DNA of 64,000 nt, taken from an uncultured Gammaproteobacteria bacterium (GTDB lineage Bacteria; Patescibacteriota; Patescibacteriia; UBA11705; JABHMO01). The stretch is taken from NCBI GenBank assembly GCA_964590105.1, contig CAZPYM010000003.1, positions 72,179 through 136,178 on the forward strand, read 5' to 3'. Below, piece by piece: positions 20,927-29,443 of the stretch (the first letter of the stretch is position 1; each line of letters opens with the position of its first letter). Position numbers and translations under genes: made by a program. A model generated the notes under the pieces. That model saw only the letters and a program-made list of their open reading frames with translations. It was not told the origin of the DNA and ran no database searches.

Positions 20927-21687
20927 TCAGATTAAAAAGTGAAAGTGAAATTCAAGAGTTAAAAAAGGGCGGAAAAATTCTGGCTGGGGTTTTGGCGAAA
21001 GTAAAAAAAGCAGCTAAAGCCGGGGTTACTACTGTCGAACTTGATAAGATGGCGGAAGATGAAATTTTATTGAGTGGCGGCCAGCCTTCTTTTAAAGGCT
21101 ATGGCGAGGTAAATAATCCATTCCCGGCTTCACTTTGCACTTCGGTCAATGAACAGCTGGTTCACGGCGTGCCGGGTGGGTATATTTTAAAAAACGGTGA
21201 TATCCTTAGTTTGGACCTCGGGATGCGATTTCCAAAAGATCATGGATTATACACTGATATGGCCGTGACTATTCCCGTTGGAAAAATCAGCCAACCGGCA
21301 AAGAATTTGATAAAAGTAACAAAAAGAGCTCTGGATGTTTGGCTCGACAATCTCAAAGCTGGCCGCGATCTTTTTCAGATAGCAAAAAAAGTTCAGGATT
21401 ATGTGGAGGTGGCGGGATACTCTGTTGTTCGTGATCTAGTTGGTCATGGCGTGGGGCACGCAGTGCACGAAGATCCGCAGATTCCAAATTATTTTATACC
21501 AAGGGCGGAATTAATTTTAAAAGAAGGCATGGTGCTGGCGCTCGAACCAATGGTCAGCGCTGGTGACTATCGGATAAAAACATTGAACGATAATTGGACA
21601 ATTGTTACGCTGGATAAAAGTCTATGCGCTCATTTTGAGCATACTGTTGCGATAACAAAACGGGGCTGTATTGTTTTGACTAAATAA
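20923..21687 (+). CDS. map: Methionine aminopeptidase type I
   Basis: SVNEQLVHGVP, GHGVG..HEDP, LEPM, AHFEHT. Confidence 0.97.
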   Translation: MIRLKSESEIQELKKGGKILAGVLAKVKKAAKAGVTTVELDKMAEDEILLSGGQPSFKGYGEVNNPFPASLCTSVNEQLVHGVPGGYILKNGDILSLDLGMRFPKDHGLYTDMAVTIPVGKISQPAKNLIKVTKRALDVWLDNLKAGRDLFQIAKKVQDYVEVAGYSVVRDLVGHGVGHAVHEDPQIPNYFIPRAELILKEGMVLALEPMVSAGDYRIKTLNDNWTIVTLDKSLCAHFEHTVAITKRGCIVLTK

Positions 21688-21690
21688 AAC

Positions 21691-22077
21691 ATGAACTATC
21701 TTGGACTTGATTGGGGAAAAGCAAAAATTGGTTTGGCGATTGGCAGCGATGAAGTCAAAATCGCCAGCCCGATTTTAATATTGAGGTCAACGGGCGGGCA
21801 GGATTTAATTTTTAAATTGCGAGAAATTATTGAACAGGAAAACATTGAAGCGATTGTTGTTGGCAAGCCGGTCAGTTTAAGCGGGCAAATGGGAGAATCG
21901 GCTGAGTTTGATAATTTTGTAGCCGGTCTGGAATCTTTGGGTGTCAGGGTGGAGGTGGAAGACGAGAGACTGTCAACAAAAATGGCGCAAAAACTGCAAC
22001 GCGGCGCAGAAAAAAAAGGAGATGATGATGCCCTGGCTGCAGCGATTATTTTGCAGTCATATTTTGACCGGCTATAA
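21691..22077 (+). CDS. ruvX: YqgF/RuvX family nuclease
   Basis: LGLDWGKAKIGLA, VVGKP, DERLST, DALAAAIILQSY. Confidence 0.95.
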   Translation: MNYLGLDWGKAKIGLAIGSDEVKIASPILILRSTGGQDLIFKLREIIEQENIEAIVVGKPVSLSGQMGESAEFDNFVAGLESLGVRVEVEDERLSTKMAQKLQRGAEKKGDDDALAAAIILQSYFDRL

Positions 22078-22078
22078 T

Positions 22079-22732
22079 ATGGAAAGAACTTATAAAACTG
22101 CGGCCATTGCGCTCGGCCAAAAACAATGGAGGGATGACGACCTCTTGTTTTATTTTTTTACGCAGGATTTCGGGCGAGTTGAGGCGGTGGCTACGGGCGC
22201 CCGCAAAATAAAAAGCAAGCTGGCTGGCCACCTGGCAGTTCCCGGAATTATCGAAGTTATTTTTATTAATGGTAAAGCGCAAAAAAAATTAACCCACGCA
22301 TATTTAATTAAAAAATATAGTTTTGATAGTGAGCAAGATTGGTATTATTATAATTGTTTACTCGAGCTTTTAGTCAAGTCGTTGCCAGTCGGAGAGAAGA
22401 ATGAGCCGGTGTGGAAACTATTAATGTGGACGATGGAAAGTATTGGACTGCAAAATACTGACGAAGGAAAAAAAATGATCTTGAATTTGTTTATTATAAA
22501 ATTAATGACAATGCTTGGTTACGAAATTAGTTTTGATCGCGCCGGAACATATACGAATCGGTTCAATCTGCCCGATCAGATCCGGCAGACGATTGAAAAC
22601 ATTCAACAAAAGAGAGCGAATCCGCAAATAAGCATTTCAAAGGAAAATGTAAAAAAAATGGCCGTGTTTTTACGTAAATACTTAGCTTATTATTTAGAGC
22701 GGCCAATACACAGCTTGGAAAATGTTGTTTGA
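22079..22732 (+). CDS. recO: DNA repair protein RecO
   Basis: FTQDFGRVEAVATGARKIKSKLAGHL OB-fold; start set at MERTY. Confidence 0.88.
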   Translation: MERTYKTAAIALGQKQWRDDDLLFYFFTQDFGRVEAVATGARKIKSKLAGHLAVPGIIEVIFINGKAQKKLTHAYLIKKYSFDSEQDWYYYNCLLELLVKSLPVGEKNEPVWKLLMWTMESIGLQNTDEGKKMILNLFIIKLMTMLGYEISFDRAGTYTNRFNLPDQIRQTIENIQQKRANPQISISKENVKKMAVFLRKYLAYYLERPIHSLENVV

Positions 22733-22805
22733 TTGGGCTCTTGACATTGTTGTTTCTTTGATGTAACTTTAAATGTTGGAATAGTTCATTTTAACGGAGG
22801 GAACA

Positions 22806-23585
22806 ATGAAACGTCTCGGATATATGCTGTTGATTTTTGTTTTGAATGGCTGTCTGCAAAAGCCGTCTCCCTGGGTGCCGTCAGGCGACTGGGCGGGAGA
22901 AGTCCTTGCAGAAGCAGTAATTACTATTCATCCTGATCTGGAGGGGGAAGCCGAACCGTTGGATCTCCTGGATCAGACAGAGGACAAGCATCGGCAGGAA
23001 AATGAAGACTTGTCTACGAAGGACAAGGATCTGTCGGTGGAAGTTTCGGATCTTGATTTCGTGGAACAATGCACTTCTGACAATGAACTTGCAGCAGACA
23101 CGCCGGAAGTGGACTTTGAAACAGATGACGACACGGCAGATGTCTCCACTTTCGATGTCCCAGTCTGCCCGCCGGGCTATGTCTGGAGCAAAACGCAGGG
23201 TAAGTGCGTTTCATTCTGCGCGGCTGATCAGTATTATGAAGCAAACCTGGGCAAGTGCGTATACTACCCGTGTTGTGACCTTTCTGGTAGCTGGGAATTA
23301 AGCATACTTGATTCAGACACCATGCTCTTCACGATTTATCAGTTGACGATCAATCAGTTGATATCGTACTTGGAAGGCGATGCAAAATGTGTTTCGCTGT
23401 CGGAAGAGGCCAAGTGCTATGGCCTGCTGGAAGATAAAAAGTTCACGCTGAACTGTGTGAGCAATGAATACACACTTGTGCTCACGTCTGGCATTACGAC
23501 AGTAACTTCATTTATTGGATTTTACAGTTACCAGTACACTGATGGTAATTTTAAAAATGGTTCGTTTAACGTAAAAAAATTATAA
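22806..23585 (+). CDS. Putative lipoprotein: acidic linker plus Cys-rich C-terminal domain (paralog 1)
   Basis: Lipobox-like LNGC; own TTGACA-17-TAACTT promoter and GGAGG SD. Confidence 0.75.
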   Translation: MKRLGYMLLIFVLNGCLQKPSPWVPSGDWAGEVLAEAVITIHPDLEGEAEPLDLLDQTEDKHRQENEDLSTKDKDLSVEVSDLDFVEQCTSDNELAADTPEVDFETDDDTADVSTFDVPVCPPGYVWSKTQGKCVSFCAADQYYEANLGKCVYYPCCDLSGSWELSILDSDTMLFTIYQLTINQLISYLEGDAKCVSLSEEAKCYGLLEDKKFTLNCVSNEYTLVLTSGITTVTSFIGFYSYQYTDGNFKNGSFNVKKL

Positions 23586-24438
23586 ACAAAACAGGTCCGA
23601 TCATCCGGGCCGTTTTATTTTGTTAATAATATGTGGCGAGGTCTTATTAATGGTTGTTGACATTTTTATTTCGCTATTGTAAAGTAATTGGTAATAATTG
23701 TTCTTTACCCAACAAGGAGAACGCGATGAAGTATTTTGTATGTTTCTTTCTGGCCCTCATTTTCAGTTCATGTATAAAACGAGTTGATTGGGGTGAGTTT
23801 GTCCCTTTGGACGAGCTTTCAGTTGATTCTGATATTAATGTTGGCGAAACAGAGATTTTTCAGCTATTGGATGGTAGCGGTGAGCAACACGAGAATTTGT
23901 TTGATTCTATCACGTCTGAGTTATTGGATACAAATATTGCCCCCCTGAGAGAGATAAAAGAGACCGTATCCGTTGATGTGCTGGTTTGTGCTCCGGGCTA
24001 TGTCTGGAGCGAAGCGCAGGGCAAGTGCGTTTCATTCTGCGCGGCTGATCAGTATTATGAAGCAAAACTGGGCAAGTGCGTATACTACCCGTGCTGTGAT
24101 CTTTCCGGCGACTGGGAATTAAGCATACTTGATTCAGACACAATGCTTTTTACGATCTATCAGGTAAAGATCAATCAGCTGACATCGTACTTGGAAGGTG
24201 AGGCAAAATGTGTTTTACCGTTGGAACAGGCGGATTGTTACGGTTTGCTTGAAGACAAAAAATTCGCGTTTAATTGCGTGAGCAATGATTACACGCTGGT
24301 GCTCACGTCCGGACTGGCGACAGTAACTTCATTTATTGGATTTTACAGTTACCAGTACACTGATGGTAATTTTAAAAATGGTTCGTTCAACGTAAAAAAA
24401 TTATAAACAAAACAGGTCCGATCATCCGGGCCGTTTTA
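23172..24438 (+). repeat. ~446-bp direct repeat (23172-23617 and 23993-24438)
   Basis: Ungapped alignment at offset 821 covering both C-terminal domains and the terminator. Confidence 0.92.
23726..24406 (+). CDS. Putative lipoprotein with Cys-rich C-terminal domain (paralog 2)
   Basis: MKYF...FSSC signal; AAGGAG SD; TTGACA-17-TAAAGT promoter. Confidence 0.75.
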   Translation: MKYFVCFFLALIFSSCIKRVDWGEFVPLDELSVDSDINVGETEIFQLLDGSGEQHENLFDSITSELLDTNIAPLREIKETVSVDVLVCAPGYVWSEAQGKCVSFCAADQYYEAKLGKCVYYPCCDLSGDWELSILDSDTMLFTIYQVKINQLTSYLEGEAKCVLPLEQADCYGLLEDKKFAFNCVSNDYTLVLTSGLATVTSFIGFYSYQYTDGNFKNGSFNVKKL

Positions 24439-24480
24439 ATTTTATTAATAAATTGTATATAAAAATTAATTTTAAAAAGA

Positions 24481-24509
24481 AAAAGAGGCGAATGTTCGCC
24501 TCTTTCTTT
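24481..24509. terminator. Bidirectional intrinsic terminator
   Basis: aaaagaggcgaa-tg-ttcgcctctttcttt between convergent genes. Confidence 0.75.
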
Positions 24510-24529
24510 GTTGTGACAGAGTTATTTTT

Positions 24530-25708
24530 CTATCTCTTTTCTTTTGCCTTGGCCCTGACCGCCTGGCACCAGGGCAAGCCCCAGACGTACCAGGGGCAAG
24601 CGTTTTCCGGCTTGGACGCGCACATGCCCATCTGACAGAGCGCGGCGCGAGCCGGTTCAAAGGTCTCCGGACAAACCGCCACCTTGATCAGCTCGCAGAT
24701 ATCCGCGAGCGGGATCATGGTCGGCGTGGTGGCGGGAGCAGTGATGCTCCCGTTCAGCAGGAACTGGCCTTCGTGATGGAAATACCACACACCGGAGGGG
24801 CCCATGCCTTCGTCCGACAGTTCCCGCCAGTTGTTTACGATGACCTTGCCGCGAACCTTCTGCTCTTCATAGCGCAAGACTCGCGCCAGGGTGAAAAGCT
24901 TCAGGTTGGCACGGCGGGCCGTGTGAATGGTCACATGACCGGCCGGTCGTCTCTGGACAACGATGTCAGCGTTGGCGCCGTCCTTGAAGCGGCCGGCGCG
25001 GCCGATTTCGTTGTTGTCCGATTCGATGGCCAGGAGAACAAGCGTGCGCTCGTTCGGGCCCTTGATCTTGCTGATCTGGCCCTTTTCTTTGATTTCCTCG
25101 AGCGCGGCCTTGAAGGCCTCGTCCTGCGCCTTTTCCGCGTCAGCGGTATAGGCCAGCCAGTTCGCCGCGGAAATCTCAGGCTTGTTCGGATTCTGCTCGA
25201 CGAGTAGTTTGCCGAAATAGTCCTTGCCGAACTCCTTGGTTTTCTTCTCCGCCCGAATCTTGGCGCGGATGGCCACAAGGGCCCAGTCGATGATCTCGGC
25301 GGTCTGTTCCGAGAAAACCCGGTGCAGCATGTTCACGTACGTGGCCAGCCCACCAGGCTGATCGCGTCCGTGGAGGTCATTGTCCAGGACATAGGACAGA
25401 ACCTCCTTCAGTTCCTCGTTGTCCCGGACGCCGAGTGCCCTCGCCACCAGTGTGGCCGCGCATTCGTCCTCTTTCTTCGCCTCCCCGTTGGCGGGATGCT
25501 CATCAAACTCGCCACCCAGCACTCCGACGTGGATGATGCCGTGTGGACAGTGCGTTTTTAGAAACTCCTTGGTGCCGTACAGCTCAAGGAGGGAGATTGC
25601 CGCGATTTCCTCCACGTGGAGGGCGGCGTGAGTGAGAAACCAGATCTTCCGGCCTGCGACCGTGATCTGGAATCGGATGAAATTCCCTTGTCTTTCTATT
25701 GTTTTCAA
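24530..25708 (-). CDS. Divergent MYG1/DHH-like phosphoesterase, GC-rich gene
   Basis: LTHAALHVEEIAA, HVGVLGGEFDEHP and CAATLV parallel MYG1 motifs TH..FHADE, DVGG..DHH and SAAGLV; perfect TTGACA-17-TATAAT upstream. Confidence 0.6.
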   Translation of the reverse strand: MKTIERQGNFIRFQITVAGRKIWFLTHAALHVEEIAAISLLELYGTKEFLKTHCPHGIIHVGVLGGEFDEHPANGEAKKEDECAATLVARALGVRDNEELKEVLSYVLDNDLHGRDQPGGLATYVNMLHRVFSEQTAEIIDWALVAIRAKIRAEKKTKEFGKDYFGKLLVEQNPNKPEISAANWLAYTADAEKAQDEAFKAALEEIKEKGQISKIKGPNERTLVLLAIESDNNEIGRAGRFKDGANADIVVQRRPAGHVTIHTARRANLKLFTLARVLRYEEQKVRGKVIVNNWRELSDEGMGPSGVWYFHHEGQFLLNGSITAPATTPTMIPLADICELIKVAVCPETFEPARAALCQMGMCASKPENACPWYVWGLPWCQAVRAKAKEKR

Positions 25709-25935
25709 TTTTCCCCCCTATTTTGGTTGTCAATTTGCAAACTCTACGAAATCGTATTATAGCATATAAAAATTTAAATGTCAAGCTGTTTTAGCTATTT
25801 TTAGCTAAAATTGCTATTTATATTAAGTTCCAAAAAGACCATTGACAAGAATAAAAAAATTGGGTAAGCTTATTTGATATATTTGTTCATTTATTGAAAT
25901 TTCTAAACGTTGTTCGAGCTTTACAAGGAGGCGCA

Positions 25936-26808
25936 ATGGCAGGAAAAAGCAAAACCGGTTTTATCGAACGAGCTATGGCTAAAGTGGCCAAGCAGATTGA
26001 AAAATTGATTGAAGAAGAAGGAAAAATGCGGATGCGTTGGGTAAAGGGTTACCACCGCATGCAACGCGCGGCGCAGGGTTTGACAAAGATTACGAGACTG
26101 AAAACCAAGAGAGCTGAAAGTTTTGGGAAGATTGTCAATTCCTGGATGCAGGAATCAATAGGCATGACCAAGGCGCGTGACGCCAAGCGAGCGCAAAGGG
26201 AAGCCAAAGAAAAAGAGCTTCAGGAATTGAAGTTACAATTGGTTAAACTGCAGGCTGAAATCAACCGCGTGACCGGTGAAACCGATGAAATCGTGGACCA
26301 GGTTTTCAGTCTGAATGACGCAGTGGTGGCGGCGCTCGAGTCGCGGCAGGCATATCTCAGCAATCATGTGTTTCATCGTTTGATCGGCGACAATGGGGAG
26401 ATGCGCAGTCAGATCACGTTTGACAGCAAGGACGGTTTGCGCCGGGTGGTGGTTATGGTGAATCATATAACCAAGGTTCAGACCGACTTGGCTAACGCGG
26501 CCATGCTCGAGATTGATAAGTTTTTCACCCGCTTTGGCGTTGAAACCGCAGAAGACAGGCTGGAACCGGAAGTGCAGGCGCTGTACAAGCTGACGCGCGA
26601 GATCTTGATTTCACGCCAGACATTCAAGGTCGGACGGGATTTGTATCGGTTCCTCGGAATTGAGATTGATGAAGGCATTTTCCCCGAATTGTACAAGGCT
26701 CAGATGCTCCTGCGGCGCAGTCTGCGCAGTGAGAAAACCAATTCATACATTCGCTTGTCCAAACGAGCAAACATGAATGACAAGTGGCAGGCATTGCCCC
26801 TGCACTAG
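25936..26808 (+). CDS. Hypothetical protein with N-terminal coiled coil
   Basis: AAGGAGG SD, TTGACA-17-TAAGCT promoter, terminator downstream. Confidence 0.78.
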   Translation: MAGKSKTGFIERAMAKVAKQIEKLIEEEGKMRMRWVKGYHRMQRAAQGLTKITRLKTKRAESFGKIVNSWMQESIGMTKARDAKRAQREAKEKELQELKLQLVKLQAEINRVTGETDEIVDQVFSLNDAVVAALESRQAYLSNHVFHRLIGDNGEMRSQITFDSKDGLRRVVVMVNHITKVQTDLANAAMLEIDKFFTRFGVETAEDRLEPEVQALYKLTREILISRQTFKVGRDLYRFLGIEIDEGIFPELYKAQMLLRRSLRSEKTNSYIRLSKRANMNDKWQALPLH

Positions 26809-26817
26809 ATTTGAGAT

Positions 26818-26857
26818 CATCCCCCCGCCGTTCGCGAATGGCGGGGATTTTATTTTT
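26818..26857 (+). terminator. Intrinsic terminator
   Basis: ccccgccgttc-gc-gaatggcgggg followed by a T-rich tract. Confidence 0.75.
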
Positions 26858-26913
26858 AAACTCTTGATAAAAAGGCAATAGTTTGTTATTGTGGGTTTAG
26901 TTTCAAGTTTTAT

Positions 26914-26989
26914 GCTCGTATAGCTCAGTGGTTAGAGCACCGCCCTTATAAGGCGGGGGTCGATGGTTCAAATCCATCTACGAGCACCA
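26914..26989 (+). tRNA. tRNA-Ile (anticodon UAU)
   Basis: Acceptor GCTCGTA/TACGAGC, anticodon arm CCGCC-CT TAT AA-GGCGG, T-loop TTCAAAT, encoded CCA. Confidence 0.93.
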
Positions 26990-26991
26990 TT

Positions 26992-27028
26992 CTTCGCTCC
27001 GCTAAGGCGGAGCTACGAATGGCGCGCC
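26992..27028. repeat. REP-like palindrome between tRNAs
   Basis: ttcgctccgc-taag-gcggagctacgaa. Confidence 0.55.
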
Positions 27029-27050
27029 AAAGTTTGTAACGTTCAGTTCA

Positions 27051-27127
27051 GGGCAGCTAGCTCAGTTGGTTAGAGCGTCTCGTTGACGTCGAGAAGGTCA
27101 CAAGTTCGACTCTTGTGCTGCCCACCA
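27051..27127 (+). tRNA. tRNA-Val (anticodon GAC)
   Basis: GGGCAGC/GCTGCCC, TCTCG-TT GAC GT-CGAGA, TTCGACT, CCA. Confidence 0.96.
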
Positions 27128-27195
27128 TAAGAAATAAATATATTTAACTGTTTATTTTTTTTTGCCTTTTTATGTTATAATGAAAAAAATCAAAT

Positions 27196-28218
27196 ATGAT
27201 GATATTTATCTGGAGTATTATTTTAGTCACGAGCCTCTGGGTTCTGGTAAAGGCCGCTGACTATTTCACTGATTATGCTGAAAAGTTGGGTAAATTACTT
27301 CACCTGTCCAATTTTATTATTGGAGTTGTGATTGTGGCTGTCGGTACATCTTTGCCGGAACTGGCCACGTCCATCATGGGAGTTAGGCGGGGAGAGGTTG
27401 AAATGCTTAGTGGCAATGTGATCGGAACAATCATTGCTAATCTATTGCTTGGCCTCGGACTGGCGGTTTTATTTACTAGAAAAAAGGCGGTTTTCAATTG
27501 GGACATTGTGTCCAATGATTTTCCGTTTTTTGCCGGCGCGATATTTTTACTGGCCGTGACATTGATGGACGGCAAGTTCACTTTTGTTGAGGCGATTTTA
27601 TTTTTAGTCGGCTATGTTCTTTATTTATTGTATGCCTTTTTTATTCAAAAGGAGGAAAGCGCTGTCACGCGCCAGGAGTTTAGAAAAGAGCTAAAAAAAG
27701 AAGTTGAAACAGGCATTGAAGAAACACAAAAAAGAGAAAAAAAAGCCGGCTTTCTTGCCACGATGATTAGTGAAAACACAAAAACGATTTTGGTTTTAAT
27801 TGTCAGTCTGGGAATTGTTTCTTTCGCTTCTTATTATGTAGTGGAAGCAGTAATCAATATGGCTGTCTTGCTTGGCTTCGGAGCTTCGGTTCTGGCGGCA
27901 ACAGTGGTGGCAGTGGGAACTTCACTCCCTGAAATATTGATTGCAATTTCAGCGGCGCGGCGCGGTAATTTTGACCTGGCGCTGGGCGATATTTTCGGTT
28001 CAAACATCTTTGATATTTTCGTGATTTACGGCGTGGCTGGCCTCATGACAACCTTAACAATCAGTCCGGCTTTGTTCAGCACTTTAATTATATTTTTAAT
28101 TGGAACCTTTATCCTGCTCTGGTTGGTATTGATTGACAAAAAAATTACAAAAACAGAGGCAACACTCTTTCTTATTATTTATTTATTTTTCATCGGTAAA
28201 ATGTTTTTGTTGTTTTAA
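27196..28218 (+). CDS. Ca2+/Na+ antiporter (CaCA, YrbG-like)
   Basis: Two GTSLPE alpha-1 repeats; GNVIGT and GDIFGSNIFD alpha-2 repeats. Confidence 0.93.
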   Translation: MMIFIWSIILVTSLWVLVKAADYFTDYAEKLGKLLHLSNFIIGVVIVAVGTSLPELATSIMGVRRGEVEMLSGNVIGTIIANLLLGLGLAVLFTRKKAVFNWDIVSNDFPFFAGAIFLLAVTLMDGKFTFVEAILFLVGYVLYLLYAFFIQKEESAVTRQEFRKELKKEVETGIEETQKREKKAGFLATMISENTKTILVLIVSLGIVSFASYYVVEAVINMAVLLGFGASVLAATVVAVGTSLPEILIAISAARRGNFDLALGDIFGSNIFDIFVIYGVAGLMTTLTISPALFSTLIIFLIGTFILLWLVLIDKKITKTEATLFLIIYLFFIGKMFLLF

Positions 28219-29362
28219 TAACAAAATAAAAACTTCTTTGGCGATTTAAACTGTCCCCTAGAAGGCGGACAAAACAATGAATTTATGGCCATGGAATTGT
28301 TTTTTTGAGCGGGGCTTTAATCGAATAACAATTCGTATGAACAAAGACATGGTTAAGCTAGTTGAGCCAATGTACCCTTGTCAGGATGTGCCAGTTGTTG
28401 TATTTGACGTCAGATGCCCAAAACCTTGCTTGTATTGCGATTTGTATCAGCGAGAATTTTCAGATGATCAGATAATTGCTGTCGGCGTAGACAATGTTTT
28501 AAAAAAATTGAAAAATTATAGCGGCGCATATTTTAGCGCGGTGTCGGATTGTTTTTTAGAAGAGAATCGGGAGCTGACCCATTATTTGTTGGAAAACATT
28601 TTTAGAATTATTCCGGATTTTGTGCCGTTGGTCGTTACTAAACAAATAATTCCGGATAAAACAATTGACTTGTTGATTGGGAATAAAGACCGAGTAGTTG
28701 TTCAGGTTTCAATTCCAAGTTTAAATGATAAATTGCTTTCAGTACTTGAACCTGGCGCGGCGGTAGTTGCTGATAGATTAAAACTAATTAAAAAATTAAT
28801 CAGCGCCGGCGTTCCGGTTTTGCCAGTCATTATGCCGTGGTTTGAAATTTATGAGGCCGAAGATAATATTGAAGACCTGCCAAGAGCTCTGGCTGAAGTC
28901 GGTGTTACTCGTTGTACGCTGGGTACAAGTGTTTTACCGGAAAAACAGCGGAAGGCGATGATTGGTTCCGGAAATGGAGCGGTTATTGAAGCCGTTAATA
29001 GTATGACAGAATCAAGAGAAGTTGTAACCAAGACTGGCTATACCCTGCCATTAGGAAAAAGAATGTTGATATTTGGGCGATTGGTTGAGGCTTTTAAAAA
29101 ACATGGTATTAAGGCTCGAATTTGTTCAGCGGATAATGTTGATATGATTGGCAAAACTGATTTGCCGATTTGTACAAAGTTTAAACATCCGCTGTTCCGA
29201 ACAATTAATAAAGCAAGAAAAGCAAGTTCGCCCGCCCAATATGCCAGCCGAGGCAGGCGGGTGGGTTGCTAAGGTAAAAGTTTTTAATTTACAAAAACAG
29301 AGGCAATGCTTTTCCTTGTTATTTATTTATTCTTTATCGGTAAGATGTTTTTGCTATTCTAA
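28145..29362 (+). repeat. 74-bp imperfect direct repeat of antiporter 3' end (28145-28218 and 29289-29362)
   Basis: 63/74 identical, ungapped, both ending in the same in-frame TAA. Confidence 0.9.
28337..29272 (+). CDS. Radical SAM protein, SPL/SplB-like
   Basis: CPKPCLYC motif, VVTK, QVSI, LEPGA....RL; alternative start 28277. Confidence 0.82.
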   Translation: MNKDMVKLVEPMYPCQDVPVVVFDVRCPKPCLYCDLYQREFSDDQIIAVGVDNVLKKLKNYSGAYFSAVSDCFLEENRELTHYLLENIFRIIPDFVPLVVTKQIIPDKTIDLLIGNKDRVVVQVSIPSLNDKLLSVLEPGAAVVADRLKLIKKLISAGVPVLPVIMPWFEIYEAEDNIEDLPRALAEVGVTRCTLGTSVLPEKQRKAMIGSGNGAVIEAVNSMTESREVVTKTGYTLPLGKRMLIFGRLVEAFKKHGIKARICSADNVDMIGKTDLPICTKFKHPLFRTINKARKASSPAQYASRGRRVGC

Positions 29363-29443
29363 TGGCAAAATGAGAAAATAAAAAATTAAGAAATAAAATA
29401 TAAAAACTTCCTCAGCGATAGCCGCGGAAGTTTGAGTTTTGGA

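Noticed and set aside
21941-22078. RecO N-terminal extension
   Set aside because: Overlaps ruvX; the ATG at 22079 follows the ruvX stop
23172-24438. DGR template/variable repeat pair
   Set aside because: Differences are largely synonymous and not adenine-specific, both copies are coding, and no reverse transcriptase is present
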